Source: Seison nebaliae (taxonomy: Eukaryota). Taken from it: 61,522 nucleotides of DNA. Where the stretch lies: contig JALJEE010001766.1 in NCBI GenBank assembly GCA_023231475.1, forward strand, positions 62,001-123,522, read 5' to 3'. Of this stretch, positions 44,257-58,400 are shown piece by piece (the first letter of the stretch is position 1; each line of letters starts with the position of its first letter). The notes below the pieces were generated by a model that saw only the letters and a program-made list of their open reading frames with translations, was not told where the DNA came from and made no database searches. The translations under genes and the position numbers were made by a program.

Positions 44257-45166
44257 TCTGATTAGCTTATTTAGATTTGTGTTCTTTTTATTTAAAAATT
44301 CATTTACGACATTTCTATCCTGATTTTAATTATAATAGTGGAATAAATTTATGAAAAACAAACTAAAGGAAAATAACATATTCTTATTCGAAAATAAAAT
44401 ATATACATTCTAAAGTAATCTAACTCTATATTATAGAAGGAAAAAAAAATTTCATTTATTACACACCAAAGAGACTTTTACCAAATTTTTAAATTCTTAT
44501 TGAGAATGAAATTTGTTATTACAAAAACAGCACGTGATTTAAATTATTAATAAATGTATTAGACATAAATCATATTGGAAAAATAATGATTTTGCAGCAA
44601 TTGTAACTAAATTTTACGAAATGTCATATTCATCAATTAGTTTATTTAAAATTCCAGAAAAATTAGTATAATAATAAGTAATTCTGCTAATATTTACCTG
44701 TTCAATTACATTAATATATTCCCATTAATAAACGACCATCCATTAATCATGAAGTTGACTGTAAATAAAACTCTACACTAAAATAAAAGAGTCGAAATAA
44801 TTTTCCATAATAATTATGCACTTTCCCACAATTCAAATAATGTAGTATGATAACTGTTCTAATTAACTAACGATGCTCAGTTTTTTCAACGATAACTCCA
44901 AAAGTCCAATAATTATTTAGAATAAACGTGGTTAATAATTAAAGAAAAATTATGTGATATATATAATTATTTAACGTAATATATTCTAGAAATGCACAAA
45001 ATTCAGTAGTGAATTGGTAAGATGAAATTCGTAAATACAAGGAGTAAGTTTAGAAGTGGGAAAATGTTGAAAGCTTCCCAAAAGAAATAAAGAAGTAGAT
45101 TAATGGGATATCAATATTAAAATTGTAGCTTCCAAAATCTTTTACGAGGGAGTTTAATGAAAGAAA

Positions 45167-46517
<1,351 letters not shown>

Positions 46518-46653
46518 ATAATATTTTGGGAGAATTCTATTTTTACTATTTTTCTCGTAACTCCTTCGGGATTCTCATGTGATTTGTATAAATTTCGAAA
46601 AAATTTCTTATCGAATAAAAGTTTCTTTCGAATTTGAAAAACGAAGAAAAAAA

Positions 46654-49255
46654 ATGCTAAATAAAATTATCGTACTTATTTGTCTCCTATTTCCATTATC
46701 TGACTCTCATGAGATGGTTGAATTGTATGATAAATTATCTCAATATTCATTAGTTAACTTTCCGTCAGGATGATTCAAATTAAACTGTCTTCTGTCTAGT
46801 ATTCCACGAGAGATGATTATTGTGATAATTGTACGTCTCATTGTCTGAAGGAGAACGATGAGAATAATTTATGTTATTGTCATCATGATCTAATTGTGAA
46901 CGAATGTCCAATTCAAAAGGATTACCATCAAAACGGTTTTCTTTTTTTGGAAAACTATTTTATAAATATTTTTCTAGACATCTTCTACAACCAATGGAGT
47001 GATTGGTCTCAATGTTCTCATGATTGTGGTGGTGGAGTGACCACACGTTATCGTTCTGTTTGTTTATCTCAAAAAGAAGACAAATGTCTCCAACCGAAAA
47101 TCGAAATTTGTCAAACAATAAATTATCAGAATTTCAATGGAATCCAATTATCCGATTTACTTCAAAGTAAGAAATGTAATACTATTCAATGTACAAGTTG
47201 AAAATTTTATTAAATTTTTAAAGAACTTCATCTCTTTCAGCTTATAGCGAATGGAGTGAATGGAGTGATTGTTCTACGAAGAATGTTTGTGGAGAAGGAG
47301 AAAAAAGAAGAACAATCGAATGTTTCGGTTCTAAATGTCACAAGTCGATTTGGAGAGAAAAACGATCTTGTTCCACAATTTCTTGTGATTTCAGTTTCGA
47401 TAAATTTCATCGAATCTTCAAAATCACTTTCTTTAGCTCATCTTTTCTTAGAATCCACAAATAAGTCACATGGAGGACGAGTCGTAGCTGAGAATTTAGT
47501 GGAGTCCCCAAAAGAATCATTTAACGGGAAACGATATATTTGTCGTACAACTGAAGAGATTGATAACGAAATTTCGAAATTTCTTTGTAGGAAATATTTT
47601 AATTCGGAAAAATTTTTAAGTTTCACTTTTCATCATTTGATTATTTCATCTTTTATAGTTGGTAATGGTGAGAAGAAGAAAAATGAAAAAATTATAAAAT
47701 TTACACAATTCTCCTCACTCAATTTTTATCCGTTGACGAATCTACATTCCGATTGGAATGACGATGAATTTCAATGTGAATCAATATTAGAAGTCGCTTG
47801 TTCTATTGATGGGGAGTGGTCTAGTTGGGAAGAATGGTCTTCATGTAGTGTCAGTTGTGGAGAAGGTACAAAGAAACGCAGTCGAAAATGTGAAAATAAA
47901 ATAAACGAAGGAAATGATTGTCCAGGTGACGATATCGAAGTACTGCCATGTTCAGCTAAGAGATGTGGATGTTAATATTCTTTTTTCAATTTATCGATCA
48001 AATTTTTTAAAATAATTCTAACTATTGAAGATGAACGTAGTTGTAGTCATATTTATGATATGAAAAATGGTGAAATGAAATCGGGAGAATATTATATCGA
48101 TCCGAATAAAACGAATGAAAAGTTCCTAGTTTATTGTCAAACGGAAGACGATGATGCCAAAACGATAATTAGTTAATATACTCAAACTATTTGATTTTAG
48201 GAAAATATCCCTGGAAAAATTTAGAAATTTTTTTCAACTACGCTAATTAGATGGATTTCAGTCGTTATTTTTCGGGTAAAAATTGATGAATTTTGCTCGT
48301 TTTTTTTTTAATATATATCTTTTCATCGAGCTGAATCCAATGGTTTAAAAAAAAACATCATTTTTGATGTATTATTATGAGAGCAAGAACTGTGAACAAA
48401 TTGAAAATAAAGAGAAAAAATAAAATTTTTTGAACCATATTTCCATCAATTATTAACACTAATCTATATCTAATTTTCTATGTTAAGATATTTTTTGAAA
48501 CTTCAGAAAAAATTCTATCTAACTTTGTCAAAACTATCTTCCTACGTATTTTATATCCATCTTATTTACGTTGTTGAAAAAAATTTCTAAATTTTTCAGA
48601 GATACTTTCTTACAATCAAACTATTTTTTTTAAAATTGATTTTTTTATTCATCTCTAGAACATAATAATGAGGAGAATGTTTTCATTAACGATTTCCAAA
48701 CGACGACAATCAATTATCTCACTTACAATATTAGTCAGGAACAAATTCTCCAAATAATTGAAGTTCGATATTAGAGTAATTATCGATTGAATTATTTATA
48801 TTAAAGTTATCGTCCCAATGTCGACAACATCTCCAATGGAAATGTATGAATTCAATGATTCATTCACCAGAATTTTATGCAGCTAACGCGTTTTCATTTA
48901 AGTACTTCTTTTTTAACTCTAATTTCTGGTGTGTAGAAAACGTTTAACTTTCGACGAGAAATATTATGTTTCGTGGAGCAATCGTGTTAGAGAGAAGAAA
49001 GGATATTTCGGTCGAGTTCCATCCAATGCGGAAAGTTGCGAATGTGGATTATTAGGAACTTGTTATAATCGGACGACATTGTGTAATTGCGACAATAAAT
49101 TGGATGGTTGGCAGATGGATGAAGGATATATTGTTAATAAGAATGATCTACCGATAACTTCCTTCAATATTATTGGGAGGAGAATGAGTAAGGAGCAACA
49201 AGAAGGTTATTGGACCATCGGTCATTTGGAATGTAACGGAATTGAAGAATTTTAA
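46654..49255 (+). CDS. Secreted multidomain protein: TSP1 repeats, SRCR-like segment and CASPR/neurexin-IV-type fibrinogen-like domain
   Basis: Signal peptide MLNKIIVLICLLFPLSDS; three WSxWSxCS..CG.G TSP1 motifs; RSCSHIY..SGEYYIDP..FLVYC and CECGLLGTC..CNCD..WQMDEG..KNDLPIT..IGHLEC. No TM segment seen. Confidence 0.75.
48193..48617. mobile_element. Non-autonomous Mutator-like DNA transposon (MITE), 425 bp, inside an intron
   Basis: About 64-bp imperfect TIRs (GATTTTAGGAAAATATCCCTGGAAAAATTTAGAAATTTTTTTCAAC versus reverse complement GATTGTAAGAAAGTATCTCTGAAAAATTTAGAAATTTTTTTCAAC), G..C termini, exact 9-bp TSD aaactattt at 48184-48192 and 48618-48626. Confidence 0.88.
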
Positions 49256-49347
49256 TTTTAATCAGCTAAATAAAAAATGTTGTGATCAAAAGAAGAATTA
49301 TCTTCTTTCTTCTTCTTTCTATTGTGTATTCACATTGAAATGTTCGT

Positions 49348-49767
49348 TTAGAGTTTTGGTCGATCCTCATCTAAAACGTATGTTTTGTAATCAGTATTAG
49401 GAACATACCACTAAACGAATTATGAATGATAGAAAGAAAGAGAAGAGAAATTGACGAACTTTGTATTGTTTGAATGAACCATCGGAATTCTCCATTCCTC
49501 GCCATGGATCCATTTCCTTTCGACGGTTCACTCTAATTGAAAAGAATTGAAGAATGCGAGAGAAAGATCTTCGTTTTAACTTGACATCAGGAGATGATTT
49601 CAATTCATGAAATGAATTAATGAACGCAATAGTCGAACTGAATACAACACAAGAAAATAATGGTATCAACTTGTTTAATGAAGAGGAAAATTATTCAAAT
49701 GAATGATGGGAAAAGTAACGAAGTAATTGCTCATCAAAGAGCGTGGAGTCAATCCTCGCATAACCAT
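49348..49767 (-). CDS. NDUFA4: NDUFA4/COXFA4 (MLRQ) cytochrome c oxidase subunit, 4 exons
   Basis: Spliced MVMRGLTPRSLMSNYFLIPLFSCV..SPDVKVNRRKEMDPW..QYKWYVPNTDYK..RPKL matches the family LIPLF..PDV.W.R..EPW..QYKFY..DY pattern. Confidence 0.85.
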
Positions 49768-50682
49768 TTTTATTTTTGAAACAGAAATCTCTCACAAATA
49801 TGAGTTGATAACAGAATTTTCAGCTTAAAATTTCAACAACTCATGTCTTACTCAATTCTTCGATTAACATCGATGAACAATTCTACCTCAATTCATTGAG
49901 CTGCCCTACAACTCTCATTTTCTTAATTCATTAACAACTAAATTATTTTTAATTCAATTTGTTAATTCCATTTATTGAACTTAAATACGTAACATAAAAT
50001 TTATTTAACCTCTTCTTTCTGTAACTAGCGAGTAGAACATATTTATACACAACTGAAACTCTATTTTGTGATGATTTTTTGAAATTTGATTGTGAATTTA
50101 ATATATTTGTATTATGGTCGATATTAATGAGTCATGATTCAAATTATAGATTATTAATATCAGTATGCATATAACCTATATTTATTAAACAGTTTTGTCT
50201 ACCAAAAGATATGAAAGAATTAGACGTTTCCGATGGTGAAAACAGTCAAAAAAAACTTGTTGTGTTATATGTTGTCTGGTAAAATGGATTCTAACAAGTT
50301 TCTAACAATGCACAAAATATGAATAAAAAAATAAATATCGATGACATGAAAGGCTGTAGATCAATTATTTAAATACTTCCAACTTCCTTCCCTTAAAGTG
50401 GTCTTTGTCTAATCTGTATCTCATCTAATTTATTTGACATATTATTATTTATTATATATGAGAGTTAATTGTAATGATGGGATTCGTTGAAAAAATAATT
50501 TATTTAAGGATTCGAGTAGCCGTACAAATGTTCAAAAATTGTCATATCGAAATGATGAGTCATAACCAGAATTATTGTTTCGAAATAAAAAGGAATAATG
50601 AAGAAGGAGAAAATGTAATTAGTTTAAAGAATATGTTGTGAATTTTGTTCCATCTTCGAAATGAATTCGTATCTTGTTCTGC

Positions 50683-51228
50683 TCAAAACTGTCCAATTTT
50701 ATATCCTGCGCCAGAGATGCCTTTCTTAAATTCATTCTTTTGTATCAATCCGTCATCTGAAAGGAAATTTTGAAAATGAAGTTGTCATATCGATTAATTA
50801 GAAAGGAAACTGTTGAGATCGAAGTATGAGAAAAGAGACGACACAATTTCATTGTCAACATATTTGGACAAGGCACTCTTATAAGCCATGTCGTGAGATA
50901 ATTGTTTAATTAGAGTTTGTGGTGTAATGAGCATTTCTGCAGGAACAACTGGCACTTTTTCTCCGTTCGTCACGAGTGGATTCCTTTTGCCAAATCTGAA
51001 ATTAAGAAACAAAATTTTTAAGAATTAAAATAATTTTCCCAACCTAGGACGTCCGACAACTGAATAATAATCATGAAGTTTTCTTAAATAATCGCGCAAT
51101 TCAGATTTGGATTGAAAGCGGTCAGGTTTGTTGGGTGGAGCAGGTAAATCGGAGAATTGAGCATAACAAACTGATCCGACGGTTAATATCAATAAAATTT
51201 TGGAGAGATGATTTGATACACTTTGCAT
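50683..51228 (-). CDS. NPF: Neuropeptide F/Y precursor, 3 exons
   Basis: Signal peptide, 40-aa QFSDLPAPPNKPDRF..LRDYLRKLHDYYSVVGRPRF followed by GKR. The family-typical intron falls inside the last Arg codon of RPRF (50996-51043); second intron 50757-50810. Confidence 0.93.
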
Positions 51229-53567
51229 TTTGGTAATGGAAATCGGGGGGATATCTATTGGCAGAATGGAATGAGCGTATTAAATGGGAATGGGAATTAA
51301 AAGATATTAAATAATCTGAAATGAAGAAAGAAATGTAGATTATAAGACGATTATACTAATCAGACGAATAGACCAACAATAATAATAAGGAAATGATGGA
51401 AAAGTTTTATGTTGTTCATCTAATTAATTTTATAGAATTAGAAAAAAATATTGTTTTCATATATCTCTCGAGGTACATCATATTCATAATCAATTTATTG
51501 ACATGGAGAAAACACGTCGTGCAAAACAAAGAACATTATTATTGTATGGTAATTCTTGGAAAGATTATCATTTTGATTCCCACGTTTTCTTCGAAAAGAA
51601 GAAAAACTATTAAAGTAACTTCATCATCATTGTGTGCTGATGATGATAGAACAAGAAAAATATTTGTCATTGAATGAAAAGGAGCGAGGGAGGAATGAAA
51701 CGGAAGTCTCGCGCACCAGTTATAGGAAATGACTTTTCATTAGACATCTATATTCCCGAATAGGAGAATGAATGAATTGGAGAAGTGAAAATGCGATGTA
51801 TCGGTGAATCAACGAGATATATGAATGCGTAGGAAACTCTCTGATGTTGAACGAATGGTACGGGAATATTAATTTATTCGTTATTCGTGCAGCTCATTCA
51901 ATGAAAATGAAGAAGAAGAAGAATAAGATGATGAAAAGGAGAAGATGGTGAAAAGAAATATGAATAGGAAGTAAATAATTTTTTTTCAGTTTTTCTTCCC
52001 AACTAAAAGAAAAGAAAATATTGGAAGGAAACATATTATTTTCCTCCTTTTAGTTCACTGTCGATTTGTTCGATGTCCTGTCATCAACGGATATACCTTA
52101 ATCAATCGTTGTTGCCTGTTGTCGATTGAATGGTCATTGGGAAAGCCAAAGGAAATTTTCTTTTCTGGAAGATATCTAACAATATGTTTTAAATTGGGAA
52201 TTAAATAATCCTCCTCGTCATCGACCTTGTGGAGGACGACTTACCGCTGATAAATTTAGCTATTTGAAAAAAGAAGGAAATTTCAATTGGAGTTTGAAAA
52301 GAATAAGAATATAATTGACTTAATTTGTTGCATTCTGTGAATAAAGAAGGAGAATTCAATGAAGGAAGAAGATGAAAATGAAACATTTTTTTTAGTTGAC
52401 TTGACAGTTCGATTATGAACATGCAGATTTTTGAGTTGGTTGAAAAAAATTTTGGGAAATTTCGATTGCAATCCCATCGTCATTTGAATATCCGAATAAT
52501 AATTGAAGTAATTTAAGCTAATTCAGTTTGATAAGCGAGATGTATGTCACGAAGATTTGTTGTTGTTGATTGAACATTAGCAGATGAATTATATGAATAA
52601 CAGAAATTTAATATGATTGTTTCGACATTCTGCTCACTGCATTCTCAAAGCACCAGTTAATTGTCATTAGATGTTGAGGGTGGGAGAGTAATCGGGGGAA
52701 GGTAGGCACATATACTAGAACAACAAACAAAATTCATATTTCAGCATTAATTTTTAAGCATTATTCAGTTATCATTACGGAGAGTTCAGTTTTGTGATTT
52801 GAGAAGGAAGGAGTACATGTTCGTTCTTTAGACGATTTTGTTGTTGAATTTGAGTTTTAATGAAACAGAGAATGTAAATTTTTATTCGAAATGACGAAAA
52901 AAGAAGAGAAGGGAAAGATGCTGTGCCTTAAAGATAAGCTATGAGCGGAACAAATCCTTTGAAATCAATATTGGGGATGAATTAATCGCTCGGATAAATC
53001 GATGGATGGAAAATGATGTACAGTGAAGTAATGTGGAAGATCATCGAATTAAAGGGAGAAATTAGTTAGTTTAAATGAGTAAAAAATGTAGTAGTAAATC
53101 GATAAGTATCGTAATACAATGGAACAATTCTCAGGAAAGAAAGGAGGATGAACGAAAAGGGAAACTCAAAAGTCACAAGAAACTTCACTGAATACTCATG
53201 CAAATTGTTTAGGAGGCGAACGATTAACAAGGAGAAGAGAATCAGATTTCAAGGAGCACAAATAACGATAGATAAAAAGTGAGCAAACATAGTCAATATG
53301 ACAGAATTACAAATGACCGATTCTCCTTCCGAGTTAATGGAAGCTTTTTTAATGGAAGAATCAATTGATCACATCATCATTCCATTTGAAGTGAACGAAA
53401 AGAAAAAAAAAGGGGAAAAGTTATTTGGAAGTAGACAAATGGTATAACGATGAATAGACGAATAAGTTTATGTTGGGAGAAAGAAAGGAAGGAGGAGAGA
53501 AAATGATGAACTGGAAAAATATTACAGCAAACGTTCAAATTTATATTCAATTCTTTCATCTTCTGAT

Positions 53568-54296
53568 TTATCTGAATGATGATGTTCCATTATCCATCAT
53601 TGACGGTCCAGGTAAGGCGGGAACAGATGTTTGTTGTTGTTGTTGTTGTTGGCGTCGAACACGTCCTCCGTTGTACGAACCGTAAGGATTTCTTACTTTT
53701 GGTTGGAAGAATTGAGCTTGTGCTGATTGACGAGGAACTGTGTATGTTCCATACGATGCTTGTTGTTGTTGCTGTTGTTGCGGTTGTTGTGCTGGTGTTG
53801 CAGTACTAAATGAGATTTGAGGAGCATAGACACCAGAAGTCTGTGGATATTGGTATGATGATGGTTGTTGTGTTGACGAGTAACTGTTGTTACCAGCAGT
53901 GTTATAATTGAAAGTGGGTGACATCGATCCAAACGGAGACATACCACTAATACCGCCGAGACTACCGAAGTTTGAATAGCCAGAATTTAGAGAATTCATT
54001 CCACCGAACGAACCCATTCCTCCCATCGTATCCAAACCATTGTTGAAACCGGATAAACCGGAGAATGATAGAGGCACAACACCACCACTCATATTGCCCA
54101 TTTGACCAGACATCGCTTGAGCAACAGCTGACGGTTGCATTTGACTACCTTTGACGTCACCTACTCCAAGTTGAGTTGGTGGAAGCATATTAATCTTTTG
54201 TCCAGGGAATTGTTGTTGCAATTGCTCCATGAATGGATCAGTGGCATAGTTGTAGAGACCATTGTTTGCGGCTTGTTTCTCGTTATTGGCACCCAT
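53568..54296 (-). CDS. Low-complexity Q/N/G/M/S/Y-rich (prion-like) orphan protein
   Basis: 242-aa ORF, more GC-rich than its flanks, with GGM/SF repeats, polyQ tracts and almost no charged residues. Confidence 0.7.
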   Translation of the reverse strand: MGANNEKQAANNGLYNYATDPFMEQLQQQFPGQKINMLPPTQLGVGDVKGSQMQPSAVAQAMSGQMGNMSGGVVPLSFSGLSGFNNGLDTMGGMGSFGGMNSLNSGYSNFGSLGGISGMSPFGSMSPTFNYNTAGNNSYSSTQQPSSYQYPQTSGVYAPQISFSTATPAQQPQQQQQQQASYGTYTVPRQSAQAQFFQPKVRNPYGSYNGGRVRRQQQQQQQTSVPALPGPSMMDNGTSSFR

Positions 54297-55466
54297 TTTT
54301 TTTGGTTCTTTGAGGAATTTAAGTAGAGTCGAGCTGAGATGGCGTTTAACTAGAAGATGTATTCTAAAGAGAAATGGAAAGGTGAAATTGTATTAAATTT
54401 GAATGAAGAGAATTGGTTGATAAATGAATAGAAGATGAAATTGATGTTATGGTCAAATTGGTTTACTCGACACGCATCAATACAGCGGATAATGGTCAAG
54501 ATATATGATCGTGCATGATCTTGAATGAACGAATGTTCTTCTTCATTGAGGATAATAAAGAAGAAAAATAATATGAATTTATCAGATAGGTTGATGCGTG
54601 TAAATTTAGGAGAATGATGAGAATTGACGAGAATGTCATCACGACAATAATCGATCTCATAAAGGATAGACTCGTCACTTAGCATATATCAATGTGAATC
54701 GCGTTAATTGTAGCGTCGAGAGACAATTGTGGATACTTAATAGAATTGGTATTTGAATGCAAACCATCCGATTCAACGGGAGAATGATAAGAGAATATAT
54801 AAATCTAAAGTGGTTACTCATTCGTCTTATATAGTAGCAAATGAAGAAAACGGATCTCATCTAATTAGGTTTTAATAATGCGTAAGTAGTTCAGCTACTA
54901 CTACTACTGGTACGCAATATCGTCATATTGGCCTATTGCCGTGTCTTTTCAGGCGAGTCATCATTCACGCGTGACAATAACATTATATGTTTATTCAAAG
55001 TAATGATAGATTAGCAATCAACAGAGGAGAATGACATGTACTATTCGCATTTTGTTCTATAAACGTCAAAAAACTGTTAGAAGAAATATTGGTGGTAATT
55101 GCGTTTCGTATTTTGTAATCTTTGACGGTTTATAACCCAGAAATGGTGCTTGGATATGGGTTGACTGAATTGTTAAGGACCCAATTGTGGCAATTACTAG
55201 TAATCTTCCGCATTATTTCCATTCGAAATGAGGTCAACGTTTTACTATTTCTTTCTCACAATTAATTTCCCTCATCCATTGTGTCTCCTCTCTCCCCCCA
55301 CACATATTCAACCCGCATACCCATCATCTGATGGTGTTAAAGATAATATCAATCATTTTCTATCAACATGCATGACTCCTATCAATTAATCCATTTCTTT
55401 CTTTCACTTTTAATTATTCTCCAAAGCACTGTTTTTTATTTGAAAACAAAAGAAACATTTTTTCGT

Positions 55467-58400
55467 TTATTTAGTTGCTGAATGGCAGAAAGGACAAGCT
55501 CGACGACCGTGAATCTCCTTCTTCAACGCATAATGTAGACAACGTCTACATTTCCAACTTTCTTGATCATCAGCCATAATTTGACCGGAAGCGACTGAAT
55601 ACCGAAATTTTCTTGAACAATTCGCACAAGTATCTGCCCTATAATTATATTGGAAAAATATGATTGAAAATATTTTAATTTAACCAATCTTTCATTGTCT
55701 TTTGACAATAGGGACAAGTAATAATCGGTTCTTTCGGATCTTTCGGTGGATGATCACTAAATATGTGGAATGCTAATTGTTCGAATTGATGTCGATCATC
55801 CTCTCCAATACTTTCATCCGTTTCCAATCGAATGAAAGCATTACTAGCTATTCGGAAATGATGTGCAGATATGGCACATAAAGTGATGAGACTGTAAATC
55901 ATTTTGACATCAAAAATATTCTCGTAATTAGATAAGATTAAAGAGGTGAGCATTGCAATTTTAGTATTTCCTTCTTTCAACTGTTTCTGAGCTAACAGAT
56001 AATAATGCCAAGCTTCGGCACCTTTCCATCCAAATTCCACAACTGCCACCGTATTCTGTTCATTTTCATTAACGATGTTATTAAAGGCATTCGCTCTCTA
56101 AACGAGTCAAACGATCTCAAAAATCCAAAAAAATAAGATAAATGAAAACTTTATTCGAATGATTTTCTCGTCGATGTGTTCGGTTTTGTTCGAGTAGAAT
56201 ACCGATCAAAATATACATCTTTTTCAGGAGAATTGGAGGATTATGTCGTTTTTTCGATTCGTCATTCGCTCTCTAAAACATAATTCATATAATTAGAATT
56301 AATGAGAATTAAAGAAAACATCTAATAATAATTTCGCTGCTTTGACGTATTGCTTTGACTTCCTGTACAATTCCACTGCTTGAAATATATTATTTTGTTC
56401 CAACAACTTATTACCAGTCCGATCTAGAATCACATCTATTGATGCTGACATCTCATACTTTTGAGCAAGAGTGACACCTAAATCGAATTGGGACAATCGG
56501 ATACAACATTCAATCGCTTCTTTATGTTTCGAGCACTACAGCAGAACATCATTCATTAAAAATTTCTCTAAATTCTAACTCTCAATAATGCTTCAACTGC
56601 TCGTTGACACATTCCCACACTCTCATACATTTCCGCCAATTTCTTATTCAATTTTAGAGAATCGTGAAAAAATCATAAAGCTAAACTTGTAGCAAATCAT
56701 AATCATCAGTGACTGAATTTAACATCAATTCTAATCCATGATAATCTTCCATATTGTAATAACAATCAGCAATTTTTGATTGATTATGTGCCTTCAAATA
56801 ATACTTCTCAGCAGCTTTCCTGAAATTTGATTAATTCTTATCAAATAAATCAATCGGGAACCATTGACCTTGTTCGAAATAATGATCACCTAATCTATTT
56901 GATGCTTCCTCCATCATTCCATCATCAACGATTTGTTCTTTCGATTTCTTCAGACTATCATACAATTTTTGCCAATCGCCAATCTTCCGAGAGAAAGCCC
57001 ATGCTAAGTCTCTGTGTGGAAGAAAATTAAAAATTTTAACTTTTAAACCAAATAGATTAACTGTCTATCAATATCTTTATATAATTGATAAGAGATATCA
57101 TATCGACCCATATAAGCGGCTCGTTCAGCACCTCGAATAGTTTCATTCTAGAATTTTTATATTATCGAGAATGTTCAGAGAAAAAGAAAACGAAACTGGA
57201 TAGGCAGATACTTTTTTTACGATTTGTAAACTAAAATTATCTTTCGCTTTAATGAATGCCGTTTCAGCTAAAGGAAAATTTTCTTTGATAAATGCTTCTC
57301 TCCCCAATACTTTCCTTTAAAGACATTGGCAAATAATGAAAATGGACTTAAATAAAACCATAAAATTGGATGTTTCGCATCTTTCACAAATTCATACATT
57401 TCATTCAAATCATTTGCTTTAGCAAAACATTCATCTAATATCTAAACAATTCAATTGACATATAACAACTTTAGAATGAAAATTTAACAGCAGCTCGAAA
57501 TCGCACTACGTAATCAGGTAACGGTTCTTCAGGTTTCTTCAGCAGTTCGTCCATATAAATTGTGGTGACTTCCAAATCTTTAAAACTTTGTAAATAACCA
57601 GAACATCTGATCGGTTCTTCTGCTTCTCCACGATTGATGATAATCAAATTCTCCTTTTCCATAATGGCCAATTCATTGGGATCATCTTCTGACCAAATAC
57701 AATCCGAACTTAATCGATGTTCAATCGCCGTCATCTTATCATGAGCATGAGCTCGATCTATTGATTTGACGCGTAGCAAACCGTCGGAATCGATAACAGC
57801 TAATCGACTATCGTCACAGTTCATTCGGAAAATTTTTGGTCTTTCACATTCGATATTTCTCTTTTCGATCAAAAGGAATTGTGGAACGGAATACATTTGG
57901 ATGAAACCAGATTGACGACCAATTATTATATATTTCTCCGATGCTGTTAAGGCTGTTATCGGATCTTCGATCTGATTTCAAAAAAGTTCTTTCTACGAAA
58001 TTTTAAATAAAATTAACATCCTTTTTATTTCCAGGTTGATGATCATCAATATGGAGTTCACTTTAAATAAAATTTATTTTAAATTTCATCTCGAAAATCC
58101 AACAATGGTTTTGACGACTTCCTCAATTGAGCTCGATCGAATATCGATAAATTCTTCATCGATTTTCGGGTCCAAATCGTAATTTTTGAATTGTCACAAA
58201 TGATGCAATGTCGTTTAGTTAAGTTCATGAAAATTGCTTCCTGATTGGTATGGAAGAACTCCATTGGAATACCTTGAAAGGATGACATTGGAGAAATTGA
58301 AGATTAGTAGAAAGAACCTAAAGAATTGCAAATTCTTATAATGTATTTCGAATCGACTTCATCTTTCGATTCGGATGATTCCGATTCTGAGAAGATAGCA

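Noticed and set aside
46764..46799. In-frame TGA at 46771-46773 suggesting readthrough or selenocysteine
   Set aside because: More simply removed by a 36-nt GT-AG intron. No other sign of codon reassignment was seen.
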